A DNA stretch of 64,000 nt, from positions 21,142,001-21,206,000 of the forward strand of contig CM120640.1 in NCBI GenBank assembly GCA_051362555.1, read 5' to 3'. Each line of letters starts with the position of its first letter. Position 1 is the first letter of the stretch. This document shows positions 26,240 through 40,184 of the stretch, in pieces. The stretch is from Lingula anatina. Lineage: Eukaryota; Animalia; Brachiopoda. The translations under genes and the position numbers were made by a program. The notes under the pieces are model-generated. The model did no database searches. It was not told the origin of the DNA and saw only the letters and a list, made by a program, of their open reading frames with translations.

Positions 26240-28336
26240 TAACATCTCATTGATAGAATGATATACTTTTTTGTGTTTTTTGAAGTATAGTGCATATATT
26301 TTCAGCTTTTTATATCACTATTATTTATTTCAAAGTGAATTGTACAGGTAGTGTACTTGGTTTCAAACATGTTATCATTACATCTGTATGATAAGTGAAA
26401 AGGAAAAAGTTGAACATTGCTTGTTTCACTCTTTTTAGTAATATTATTACTTTGTTGCAACTTGTTGGGAGAATGGCAAATAACTTTGTTCTCTATTCCT
26501 GGAGATTATTATGAACTAAATTTTATTGCCTTTGCCATTTGGAAAAATTAATTGGGTAAATGTGGTTTGGAATGGATGTCTAGTTAACAATTTTCATAGA
26601 ATGCTCAAACAATATTTAAAGTCTCACATTATTTAATTTTAGTAACTATTATTTCCATTAGATACATATGGACAGAAACCATTGTAATACTGCACTCTAG
26701 GATGCTGGATATTTAAGTGACACTGTTATTTGCCGACCAGAGTAAACTCCTTACATTTACGTTGTTAATGTAAAATATCAAACATCAGTCAATGTCCTTT
26801 TTGACACTTGCCTATTACAATAGTGTTTCAGACTTGACTTTTTTCTTAAACTTTTGAGTATAATATCTGACAGAACTATGGGTCCATTTACTTTGATTTA
26901 GGCTGGTGAGTTACTTTATTATGGTTGCATGTTGTAGAAAGTGACTTGGATATAAATGTATTTCACTAATGAATGTGAAGCAGAGAAAATATAGTTTATG
27001 TAAAGTGAACAGCTATACCATTTGCATGTTGTTCAGTGTATGAAATGTGTATTTATTTGATCAGAAGTATAATGAATGTGTTTTAGAACTATCAGATTTA
27101 GCGTAGATGGAAAAACTCGAATCCTACAGCCACGAAATCCAGTTCTTGAATATGAGTTTTACCAGGATTCAGGAATAGGTGATTCTGACCTTACCTGGCC
27201 CATAATGCTGACGTTGTTAAGTCTTTCAAATGGTGCTTTAGTTGTTCAAATACTAAATGTATAACTATTTTATCTCTGTAGTACATTGGTCACATGAAAC
27301 CCAGGGTCTCAGAAATGTAGTCTTACTTAGTTTTTTGTTGCTTTAGATAGTTAAGTATTGACTAAATATGTAGTAGTCTTTATTTCTTCCATTTACTGAA
27401 CACTCCTTATTTTATTTTTTACAAAATAATATGTTATAGTCACAGTAGGTGCAAAAGTGGTGCAAGGTGAAGGTTATGAAACGACCGAAAAAAGAAAATA
27501 TTCCATTGATTTAATGGATTTAAGAGATAAATATATTGAATATATTCAGCAACTTGCGGGTCTTTTTTTAATTCGTAAGAACTTATGCCAAGTTACAATG
27601 TAAAGCACGTCACCCTCCACAGTTCATAATTGATTGCGGGCTGTCTGCTGTACGTCTCTCCTACCCTCTCTTAATACAGGGGTCTCTAGTGTAGTAAAGA
27701 GACCACTAGCGACCCCTGTGGCAAGAGATTATATCTTTCCCAACAGATGGGGGCTTTCCTCCCAACTACGGAAACTAGTGACATTGAGATTAGGGACCTT
27801 TTACACCTGTGCGTGCTAAGGCTTGGTCATAAACTAGATTAAGGCTATTAACATCCCTGGGAATAAAAGGCCTACATGTTTTAACAAGCAAATTCAAATA
27901 AAATACGTCTATATGTTTGTTATCTTCTTAAACTACAAAGAAGTTTATTGGCCAGGCATGAAGTGTATAGTATTTGCGCAATGGATGAAAGAATCTTATA
28001 GTTTCTCGAAAACCGTTTCTCGTTACAATTCAACTCGGTTATTTTACAAAAAAAAACAAAAAAAAAACATTTGCTTGTGATCATGTCGTGCGAGGGTTTT
28101 ACTCTACTTTTCTTTCCTTTTAAAACCAGGACAAAACTCCGGTTTGTTTGATAGCATTTTATCAGGCACGTCCAAATTTGAGAATTGTCACCTGACGGTG
28201 TCTTGCTAGTAAAACGCGTCGTCTACAGACGTAATATCCGTTAGAAAAATAAAACGGTCTGATAAGAGGACACAGCATACCAACTTTAAAAATCTCACGT
28301 GGATCGTGTCTGGCGAACTCCGGCCTCTCGATTAAC

Positions 28337-31300
28337 ATGGCCCGTGTCCTTATGGTAGTGATCCTGTGTCTTCAGTCACTGTGGTATTTACGTAAGTCAT
28401 AATTCAATTTTTGCATGTGTGTGTGTGTGTGTTTAATTCTTTCTGAAGACCCAAATGTCTTATTAAATTGTTCATGGGCATGTACAGATTCGTGGAGTTA
28501 AAAAGAGACGGTGTTTGGGGTTAGGCGTTCCAAAAATTAAAGCTGGAAACTCGACTTTATTTTGATCTTGAATTGGTTCATTTCAGTGATTGAAAGATTT
28601 GTGCTTTTTCATAATAGAGGCCAAGTTTTATTCAACTCTGCTTTTTATGTAAACTGTGAGGTAAAAATAAAAAGATGGAATAATTTGTATATCATCATTC
28701 TTTTTATCGTGACTATGTGTTGGTATTAGAATCAACTAATTTCATTTGCAGACGCTCGTGAGGTAACCGATCCAGAAGTAGTTGAAATTGTGAATAATCG
28801 TCAGAGGCGGGCCGACGATGAGTCGGTATGTTATCCAAGAGTTGGCTGTTTTAACAATTCCGCTCCATTCAACAACGCCTACAACGAACTCCCTTCAGAT
28901 CCAGACGAAGTAGGGACTGGCTTCTTTTTGTACACCCGTAACAACCCAGATGTCCCAGAAAACATATCTAACAGTGACAGAGGCGCAAGTCTAAAAAGTT
29001 CATCCTTCAATAAAGACCTCCCTGTGAAATTCATTACCCACGGATTCACAGATAGCAGAAATGCGTCATGGATGAAACTTATGGTAGATGCTTTTTTGAA
29101 AGTGGTAAGTTAAATTACTTTGACTGACAAGAGCGTATTTATTATATATTTCATTTGTTATATATATATCATACTTTTTATCAATATTTTGAAGAGGCCG
29201 TTCCCATTGGAAAAGGTGTTTGGACTCCATTAGGGAGGGATATTGGGTACCCTCTACAGCATGTACCGGGGCTACAGATTGGTTTTTCACTAGATACTCA
29301 CAGATAATGTCTATGGCTAAATATGGTCAATCTTCTGGAAAATGTGCCTAAAACATCTGCCACCCTAGAACAAGGTAGATATTGGGAGCTATTCCAAGTG
29401 CTTTTACCACTAATAACATTTTTAAATTCTTAAAAGTACATACTGTGTGATTATGCAAATAAATAGTAAATACTATAGGTCTACCGAGTTTCACGTACTT
29501 TATAGCAATCAATTTTACAATCAGGCGACAGGCATAACAATACTCATATCCAATGGCAAATACGTAACAGCTTATCTAATTATTAATTTTGTGAAAATTT
29601 AATCTAGTACCTTCGATACCCTGTCCCCGCCAAATGTTTTTAAGGATGCGGAAAGATGCGGGGGAGGGGGGACGTTGGCTGTCTTCTTAACCAACCAAGA
29701 TATACTGACATGTTGCATATCAATAAAAAGCTTATTTCAACAGCATCCTGAAGTTATTATAAGCTCATATGTATCGCTAAATTTGCTGCCTTCCTCAACA
29801 AGTTATATAAAAAGTGAAAAATACACGGATAGTTAACACTTAGTGACTCCTGCTTTAACAGTAAACTGTTGCAACAACTTTGTGTTTAAGTTTTATAGAC
29901 GATACATAAAAGAAAAATAATAGATAATTTAATTCACCCAAACTTTATACTTGGCATCTTCGAGTGGTTATTTATTATCAAAAATACAGTTTTTGATTTA
30001 TTCAGTTGTTTTAAACGAAGATAAAATGGAATTATGATTTACTCTTCGACTTGATCTTAGGTTAGCGGGGGTCTTCCAGATATCACAAGGCCCTCTTCAG
30101 GTAAACTGAGGTTGAGTTTTCATCTAGGAGCTTACAGTATGATATCAAGTTATTGAAAGGAAACATACAACATAGATATTGGTTAGCTTTTTGTAATGCA
30201 AACAACCCTCTTGCTTTTCAGTGAAAATTGATAAATTGATACAAGTGCAACAAATTATGTTTTAGTTTACCGGTTTACGCCATTTTATATGGGTAAATGT
30301 GGTGTGCTGCAAACAAATGAACATTGCAAGGTATGTTGTTTATTTGATCGTTCCCTTTGTTCATCCTTTCCAGTGTATACAGCCATGGCTATGCATGTAA
30401 TAATAATATGTTATCATATTTATCACTATACTATGAATTTCCAGCTTTTCCTCCAATTTCTCGTAATCTAGGGACCGATGAACGTCGTTCTCGTAGACTG
30501 GGAAAACGGAGCAAAGGCACCGAACTATCCAAAAGCCACTGCTAACACGCGCCTGGTCGGCAGAGAAATAGGTTTGATGGTTAAATTAATGGTCAGCAAG
30601 ATGAAATCCAAGCATAGTCTGATCCATTTGTTAGGACACAGTCTGGGTGCTCATATATCGGGGTATGCTGGGGCATATCTAGGTGGAAAGATCGCTAGAA
30701 TTACAGGTAAATGAATGAAGTGCCATGAAAGCGAAGTCTTTCTTTCGGATTATCCGGTTTTCCGTAATTATCTCAGTCTGATTTAGAACGAATAATGATG
30801 TAAAATGAATATGGAAATAGGGTTTTCATCCCAACAGAATATTGTCAATCTGGCGATGCGAAAGAATCAAATAAATTAACGATGAACTTAACTCTTTAAT
30901 TCTCGGAAATGGTTTGAATAAACCAAAGCACACGGACAGTTAAATAAATCAAAATGCTTCCCGCAAAAAATGAAGTATAACATCGATACGTGATTCTACT
31001 ATTGAATCAGGTTTAGATCCGGCTGGGCCTTTCTTTGAGAGCTACCCTCCCATAGTCCGCCTTGATAAATCCGACGCCAAGTTTGTAGATGTTATCCACT
31101 CCAATGGGGCTTCCATTACCTCCGGGGGCGCTGGTCTTAGATTGCCAGTTGGCGACGTGGATTTCTACCCCAATGGAGGCGGATATCAGCCCGGATGTGG
31201 GAATCCAATCAGGGGCAGTTTGGCACAACTTTTCAATGGGAATTTTCAAGGTAATCTTTTACGTACAATTAATTGTCAAATGATTTAACTATTATGTGTT

Positions 31301-32184
31301 AGATTGCACGTTTATTATTATTTTTTTAACATTTTTTTTACTGTAGAGAACTGACCTATGTAGGTCTAATATTGTTCCATGTAGAGCTCAATGAACTATC
31401 ATCATCGTCAATATTTTTTCACCATTAGTAGTACCACCAGCGTGAGCGCTGTCAGTATACTCATGGATTTAGTCCCGACCCGTTTCGTCCGGCTCCACCG
31501 GCCCGGCGTCATGCTGGCGGATGTATTTCACCGTTACCGCTTCTAGTCACTATTAGACTAGACTACCTGTGTCCTCATCTATTGGAATTAGGTCAATTTG
31601 AACCCCCTAGATATTGGGATCTGTCGGTGCATGCATATGGATAGGTGTGGCGCTCGTCTGATGCACCTTTGTCAAAATATTTGAAAATCAAATGTTAAAT
31701 ATCTCCCAAACCGAAGAAAATACAGTAGAAAATATGAGAATATAGTTACTACAGAAGCCTGACCGAAAGTTATATGTGGAGATTTCTATTATGACCTTGA
31801 ATTTGACCTTAACACCTTCATTTCAAAGTGAAATGGACCAAAATTTTGAAAAAAAGAAAATTTTCTGAGAAAAAAATATTTGTTTGTGTCGATCTTAAAA
31901 TGCCCTTTGTAATTTATTTGGCCCTTGTATCTCCTAGCAAAAGGGAGACATCTATATAGTTGTTATTGAACTTAAATTACGGTCATATATTAGAAACTTT
32001 ATGTAGCCTTCAGTTTGACCTTGGTCCGACTTTTTCACATGAAAGGCAACTCATAAACGTCCCAGCCCCCACATATTCTCCACAGTCCCCACATCCACAA
32101 CAGCTACCACTGGACTTGAGTGCACTTAATCTCGCTGGTGGTACAATATCCGGCGGGGGTATCGCCGCTCAATTCCTTAAGTTA

Positions 32185-32223
<39 letters not shown>

Positions 32224-34199
32224 GATAAAGAGAATTTTCATGTTTAAAATCTCATTTGTAGGAGCAGGTACCACCATAGCATGCAGTCACAAAAGGGCCA
32301 TACTTGTATTTGTGGACTCCATGGTTTCTGATTGTCTGTTTACGTCGTACCCATGTGCAGATTGGGTAAGCATAGATGACTTGTGCAAGGAGGGGAGGTT
32401 GAAACAAATTGCGTATTCAGTCATAGCACCGTCTCATACGGGAATAACAGATACATACTCAACCTTAAAGTAATGCAAAATATGCCAAATTTTAATGGCC
32501 AATGTTGAATAAACAAGATATATTTGCCAGTTTCACTGATCTAAAATAACACACAAAATCAAACGCAGCCCTGAAAACTGCCAATATCAAATATATATGC
32601 AGTTCATGCAAGGACACACAATCTCAAATAACCATTTTACTTTCTTTTTTAAAAGGACGCATTTAATAGAGGCGGGTGCTTGGACTGCAGTTGGTCTACA
32701 GGAGGATGTTCACAGATGGGTTACTATGCAGACAAGTACAAAGTTACTGGAAATTTGTATTTGAAAACAATTTCTTCTTCTCCTTATTGTGGTAGGTTTA
32801 TATATGTACACACATATAAACATCCACATATAGATAATAGATAATAGATGGTCTTTGAAGGGTAAAAAGGTCAAGAGATATCTTTTTTAACTAATAAATG
32901 GAAAGGTGTCGCGTTTTGTTAAGTTTCCGTAGTAACACTTTACTTCTACCGTCGTCTGAAGTTTGGGTATAGCTATATATGTATTTACAATTTACAAACT
33001 ACAACTTTTTTTTTTTTTTGAATAAAATTGATAGCGGTCAAAACCTTCGAACAGAGAGGCAAATGTGAAATTTCATTTTGCTGGTTTAGTACGCATTTCA
33101 TCAAAATGAAAATCCAAATAATGTCATTTATTTGTTTATTCATTTGATCAATAATTTACTTGGCTTTAGGATTCAACTATGCTGTAGAACTCACACTTTC
33201 TAACAGTACCAAGGGCCAGGTCAAAATACGATTAGTCGGGGAGCATGGATTATCAGATGTTCTAGAGCTTAGTGGGCAAGTAATCTTATTATTGTGGTCA
33301 CTTAATATCTTTTTTACTATTTTTAGTTGTGTTGATTTAAAAAAGAACAACATTTGCGAGAGAAAAGCAAGTCGCATGCCAAGTGGAACAATACGGCCAA
33401 ATATATAATAACACCTTACTTATCTGCTGACTTAGCAAACGGGGCCAAATGTGGTACAGAATAATAAACACACGTGTGTCTTGCAAACTGACGCAGATGA
33501 ATTAATGGCATTTCTCTTTATTAGGAAGAGTGACACATTAGATTCTGGAGCACCTATCAAGGGAATAGCAATTGCTCCGCAAGCATTAGGAAACATAAAG
33601 GATGTGCAAGTCTTCTACGACAAAAAGGACAGTAAGCTTTTTGGACTCTTTTCCGCCGGAGCTGAGAGCTTGGTGGTCAAAGCTGCCACGATATCTGCTG
33701 CAGGGAACAAACAGTTGTAAGAACATAATCGCGTTCTAATTTTTCGATTAAGAAACCAGCTTATTAAAAAACTGGATTTAAATCTGGATACCATAAAAAA
33801 AGTATACGAAAATGCGATATTCTCCCATTTAAAATCAGATAATCTATCAGAGGAATAATTTTATTTCTCTGGCGTGAAAGGATACAGTGTATAAACCAAT
33901 ATTGAAAATCCATCAAATCAATAGAGTTCGTTTAGAATTGCTGAATCATGATAAATTTGATAGAAATCAGAATGCAATTATTCCTATTCAGGTAAAAAAA
34001 AAAGTATCTTTAAATTTTTCTTTAATTTGTTAGTATGTTAATTTTAATTAACACAATTGTAATTAAAATTGTATTTATATTTTACAGATGGACTTTCAAT
34101 GCCCGCCAAACGGAAGTATCTGATGACACCTGGGTGTCCATGGTAACTAGCAAGACAATAGCTAGCTTGAATCCAGATGGATCAGTTGTAGTTGGCTGA
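28337..34199 (+). CDS. Pancreatic lipase-related protein, copy A (lipase domain + PLAT-like C-terminal domain)
   Basis: 9 exons (~28337-28391, 28752-29105, 30472-30707, 31011-31250, 32262-32365, 32656-32791, 33170-33275, 33525-33716, 34088-34199). Signal peptide MARVLMVVILCLQSLW; [39 protein letters not shown]; Ser-Asp-His triad intact. Confidence 0.93.
31428..32183 (-). mobile_element. HINE-like family 1 copy (short, inverted, lacking the satellite array)
   Basis: Both ends are reverse complements of 12809-12870 and 15180-15294 (GTACCACCAGCGTGAGCGCTG...; ...GCTGGTGGTACAATATCCGGCGGGGGTATCGCC). Lies in lipase A intron 4. Confidence 0.75.
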
Positions 34200-34574
34200 A
34201 GTTTGTTTTAAACCTTGACACGATATCAAAATAAGCACTATTATTGTTTTCCAAGGATTAACAGCATTAACAGCTTGGGTGTTTTGTAACGGATGAGAAG
34301 AATAATATCGTGCAATAAAGATATTTACCAATTATAAACTATTTTAAAACCAATTTGAAAGTGATATTCGCATTATGTAAGTAAAATTTTCATCATCCAC
34401 ATAGTCTGTGTGATTTAACGAAATTACCGATACTTTTGTCACTGGTCTCGTTCAAATAAAATCGCCTTGAGTAATTTGTTCAGTTCAGAACCATATTACA
34501 TGTACCTGTTTCCAAGTAGGCCTACGTTTATGACGGGACGCATACAGTATGAAAAACAGAAGTGACTGCAAAAA

Positions 34575-34577
<3 letters not shown>

Positions 34578-34622
<45 letters not shown>
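34578..34622. repeat. (AAT)n microsatellite
   Basis: Read directly; similar (TTA)n tracts occur at ~23105-23135 and ~32188-32223. Confidence 0.9.
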
Positions 34623-34623
<1 letters not shown>

Positions 34624-36365
34624 GTTGACTAGGTTACAATTATACTGTTCAAATGACGTCAATAACGTCAATAAAGCGTGTACAGCAGCACCGCAACTCG
34701 TCAACGACAACTGACAAAAGAAAACGGAGAGGTCTCAAAGCTAAAATTGCTTATAAGATTTTAATTTGGATACGTAGATCTAATATTCATACTTAAAATT
34801 TAATTTGAGTAACGATAATTCTATTTTGTACAATCTCACGCGCCTTGGGTATCTCAAAAGACCATTGTGACGTACATGTGAATATTTAGCCCCCCCCCCC
34901 CCCTTGCGTGCACAGCAACGATTGTCAGCAGAACACTGAATCATTGTAAGTGCACTAATTAAGACTTCATCCATAGAGATGTGTTCTTAAATAAACGATT
35001 TTGATAATGTCTATAATGTAACTATAACATAAAAAAAAGATTTATTAAAACAGGATAGGCTTACGTAGTACGGTCGTCTTGTGTACTACTTTTGGTAAAA
35101 TACTTATGACGTGTACAATTGCGACTGTGACGTCATAAATATCAACAACACGAAGAGTTCTCTCTCGTAAACCTAGTTCTGTCAAGCCATGAAAAATGAA
35201 TGTGAAACGAATGATGAACACACAACAACGAGGTCTTCGATTAACACAAGGAAATTAGTGCCGTGGAAATGAATAAATGGTTCGTATTGACACCGGTTGT
35301 AGTAATTATGTGCAGGTAGAAAATGCAGTTTTGAAGCACATCGCAGTTGACTAAAGCTATATACTGGTAAAAATGTCTATCGTGCTGTATTGAATAACGA
35401 AACTACTTTCAACTTCTCCGGTTTATGATAAGGCCGACAGTGTTATATAGGAGAAAAATACGTTGAATTTAGAATTAAAAGTAATATTTCACCAGTTGAA
35501 TTTTAACTGATCACTTTCTTTAACAACAACCATCATGATGAGTGTAGGCCTATAGCTAGAGTGCAAATTGTGTTTGATTTTTTAACGTTTAGTTATACCT
35601 TTTTATGCATTTTTGTATGAAATATTTCCATCACAATAAAAATTCTAGCTCAAATTGTTCATGCGTTCATGTTTAAGTTTTACTCCTTTTGCCTGAAATC
35701 ACGCTAATGGGTTAGAACTGTAATTGATCCCCTTTTGAATCCTTTTCTATCAAAAATATGCACTCGACCCTCCCACGACTGCCCTTCTCTCGGGATAATA
35801 TAGACATGTTACAGACATTCAACATTTGGTAACTTTCCCACATGCGAAAGACAGGGAGATAAAAAGCCTCTTGCACAACAACTGTGAAGTACATATAGGC
35901 CTTGTGACTTAAGCTGTCCAAAACCACAGCTTCCTCTATAAATAACAACTCCATAGTATACCATAATTCATTTGATTCAAGCCATTCTTAAAAGAGCACT
36001 TAATGGCAATAATTTTGTCTAAACGACATAAAATCATTTTTACCTAAGTTCATCGGTGCTTACATCATCATGACCCATCTTATCTGTTCTGAAATTTTTT
36101 GCGGGTGCATTGATGGTGAACTGCCTCTCTGTATGCCATACAAGAGAAGGTGGGATTTGGAGTGCTTTGAAATCATTAAGCTAATAAGACCAACATTCTG
36201 GTTGACACACGCTTTGAAAAAACGTCATTAAACAGTTAGACAGATACACATAATCATCCACCAGGGAGGGCAGAAAATAGGATCATAACCCTATAATATC
36301 CCCTTAAAATCGTGTTGTCTAACGGGTTCGGCCTCTGTCCAGCAATGACCTTCGATTGTGTTAAC

Positions 36366-39300
36366 ATGGTTCGTCTTCTTTGGGCGTCCGCATGGTTGCT
36401 GCAGTGTGCATGGTGTATAAGTAAGTTGTCATTTAATAACATAATCTGAAAGGTTTACAGATTTTCAAGATTTTTAAGCATAAATTTGTTTTTCACATAT
36501 CCTAGCTGCCATTGAGCAAACTTGATAATTTATTCACTTCATAGTATCCTTTTTTTTTGTCACAGGCGCTCGTCATCTGGCTGAACCGGAGATTATCGAC
36601 CTTGTTCACAATCGTCACAGACGCGGCAGTTCCACAGTCTGTTATCCAGATGTCGGTTGTTTCAACAATTCTGCTCCTTTCAATAACGCCTACAACGAAC
36701 TTCCATCTAAACCGGAAGACATAGGCACAAAGTTTCACCTGTATACTCGCCACAATCCAGATTTTCCTCAACAAATATTTTACAATGACGGAGGAGAAAG
36801 TTTGCTTCATTCGTTCTTCGATAAGGACCTACCAGTGAAGATTGTAACGCATGGGTTTACCGATAGTATAGATGCACTTTGGCTAAAATCAATGTCGGAT
36901 GCTTTCTTAAAACACGTGAGGAGTCTCAGTATTTGGCAATTTACAAAGCATTTTATGTCGTTATAATTATTCGTTTTATGTCGTTATAATTATTATATCT
37001 CTCGAAAAAATCTTTATGGTAAGGTAAAATATCCACAATTATATGACTTATAAATATGAGAAACGTCAACATCGGATAGGGTATGTTCCAAATGCATGTA
37101 TTGATCTTTTTACTGGATTTTGTGATTAATCTTTTAGGCCCCGATGAACGTTGTACTCACAGGATGGAAGAATGGGGCAAAGGCCCCATATTACCCCAAA
37201 GCTGTTGCCAACACGCGCTTAGTCGGAAGACAAATAGGTCTACTGGTAAACTTAATGGTTAACGTGATGGGGTCCAAGTACGATCAAGTTCATTTAGCGG
37301 GCCATAGTCTTGGTGCTCACATTTCTGGGTACGCAGGGGCATGTCTGGACGGGAAGATTGCACGAATAACTGGTATATTTTTTATTGAAACAACTTTTAT
37401 CTGCAACTGGCTTTACATATGGTATTCTAATTTTCAACAAGCTTTTGATTGGTTAATTTTATTTTCATTTGTATTGTTTGATCGGATTTTTAATCCTTTT
37501 GCCTTTCAAAACTAAAAAAACTGACAAATTGGTAAATGCTCTTACGTATGGTTTATACGTACGGTGTTTATACGTACGGTGGGATCATGAAAATTGGCTA
37601 ATGATAAGTAATCCGACCGAGTCGACCCTTAGGCAGTATTTCCATATTTGTACTTACCGGTACTGTAGGAGTGCATGTCCTTTCTGTGTGTGACAAGAAC
37701 ATCTGGACCGGAAGTTGAATGTATAACCATTTCTCCGTAGACATGTTCCATATATAACATTTTGATGGTACATGCATAATAGCATAAGATGACGTAATCA
37801 CAATAACTGGAAAGCGGTTTTTATTCCATTTTTCTTTCTTTTCACGCAGGCTTAGATCCGGCCGGACCATTTTATGAGAAATATCCAACAATAGTTCGTC
37901 TCGATAAATCTGATGCCAAATTCGTAGATGCAATTCACACTAACGGAGCTCCTCTAACACATGAAGGAGCGGGGCTGCAAAAAATATCTGGCCACGTGGA
38001 TTTCTACCCTAATGGCGGTGCCTTTCAACCCGGGTGTGGAGACCCTGTAAAAGGTTCTCTTGGGCAACTATTCCAGGGACACTTAACAGGTAGGTCGAAC
38101 AAATAGGCAATAGAACTAAGGAGATACTTCCCACATAGCAGATTATATTTGTAAGTAGGTCTAACAGCGAAATTATTTATCGCTTGAAAAAATAATCACG
38201 TGAGCAACACTGTACATCTCAGGACCAAAGTTGGAATGACCTAGTCATTAAAATGCAGCTGAAGATGAATGCAATACCTGGGATTTCACATTTTGTGACA
38301 TAACTGAATCTCACTTTGTAACGTGTGGCTGCAGTCTGAAATTCGGGGTCAACTCTATTGGTCCCCAAATCGTTGTAACAAAGTGAGAAGCCCTAGGTAT
38401 TGCAAGATAACCATACCAAACTTAACCGTGTTATGATTCGGTAGAATTTAGAGTAGTTGATATTTATTTTCCCTTTCGTCCGTAGGGGCAGAGGGCGTGA
38501 TAGCATGCAGTCACAGAAGGTCCTATTATTTCTTCACGGAATCCATCAATTCCGTTTGCCCGTTTACTTCTTACCAATGCACTGACTGGGTAAGCACTGT
38601 TTCTTAGGTAAATCGTAGAGTACACACATCATTTTAAATATCTGCTATTATGTGAAGCTACCAAATATCCCAATTAAACAATGGCTGAACTATCAGAACG
38701 TTGTATCATCGTTTACATCCCGGAGAGAGGTTCTCTTGTCCAAGGGGAAGATTGATCCAGATGCGCGTCGAACATGGCAATATACTAATGTTTTAACATT
38801 AAAATACAATAGTTCCCAACAGCGAGTAGGCCTAATATGCATAGTTTTTTAAAGGATACATTCAGACGAGGGGAGTGCATAGACTGCAGCAGAGGTCAGT
38901 GTTCACAGTTGGGCTACCACGCGGACCAGTTCAATGGCACCGGAAAAATGTATCTTCAAACGCTTGGTGCTTCTCCCTACTGCGGTAAGTATTAATATAT
39001 TAAATGAATAATGGAGTCCCCCCCCCCCCCCCCAAAAAAAAAAAAAAGCCATTGTTAAATGTTGCTACTCTAGCTCCCGTTTGTCTCAAAATGAAATGAT
39101 AAACAAGCAGTTCATTGCCAAAGTCGTCAGAATAACTATTCCAAAGTTCAGGATAGGCTACATCCCAATCAGTAAGTGTAGGTCTATGATTGAATTATGA
39201 TTGTGGATTCAAATAAAGAGCCTCCGTGTTGGTTGCTCAGATTTTTAAACTTGTAGTTATGAAAAAAAAGCATAAAATATTTTTGTCAAAATTATTTTTA

Positions 39301-40184
39301 GGCTATCAGTACAGAGTTACGCTTACCGTCGCAGATGACAGTCAAGGATTAGTGAAAATACGAGTAGTGGGGGAAAACGGTGTCTCGGACGTTTTAGAGC
39401 TTTCTGAGTGAGTTTTTAAAAATGTTTTCCTTGATTTTCTGTTTAGAGGAAGCTATAAAACGGTGCGTCAAGTATTCTTGTTATTTTGAACGATCCCATT
39501 CTAAATTTTATTCTACGTAATTTGGGTATTTAAAGTTTTAATTATAACTGAATGGTTTTAGATCAGAAATGTTATGATCAATACCAAATGTTGACAGGTT
39601 GATTACTTATTCTAAGAAGTTATTGGTGAAGCTCCAAAATGCTTTCATGAACGCTGTATGCGTCAACATTTTTAGAAAGCCGGACAAGTTGCATATTCAG
39701 CAACCTCTTCAGAAGATCTTTATTACCAAGAAAGACCTGGGGGATATAAAAGATGTTCAAGTGTTCTACGACAGACAAGAGCGTCTGCTCTGGGGGTTCG
39801 TTGCTGGTGGTGATGCTAGCTTAAAACTGGATACTGTGACGATATCTACAGGGGAAAAGAAAAATGCGTGAGTAGAAATTGAAGTACAGCAATACCATTC
39901 CTTTACGCTTTCATCTGAAAATGTAGTAGTGACTATAGTGACGGAAAACTTTTCTTTTGTTTTGAATATGAAAGTAATTTAAATAAACTTTTCAATTAGA
40001 TATCAGAATTAATTTTTATTATGATATGTTATGTTTTAATGTCAAAAAGGACGCTGACTTCTCTTTCAGCTGGACGTTCAGTGCTGACCAGGTCGAAGTA
40101 ACTGATGATGCCTGGGTTTCCCTTGTAACTAAAACGACAATAAAAGGCGCTGATGCAGACCTGGGACCACAATTCATCGGTTGA
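36366..40184 (+). CDS. Pancreatic lipase-related protein, copy B
   Basis: Same 9-exon structure (~36366-36420, 36566-36915, 37138-37372, 37850-38089, 38486-38589, 38855-38984, 39302-39407, 39676-39867, 40070-40184). [33 protein letters not shown]; ends GPQFIG*. Confidence 0.93.
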
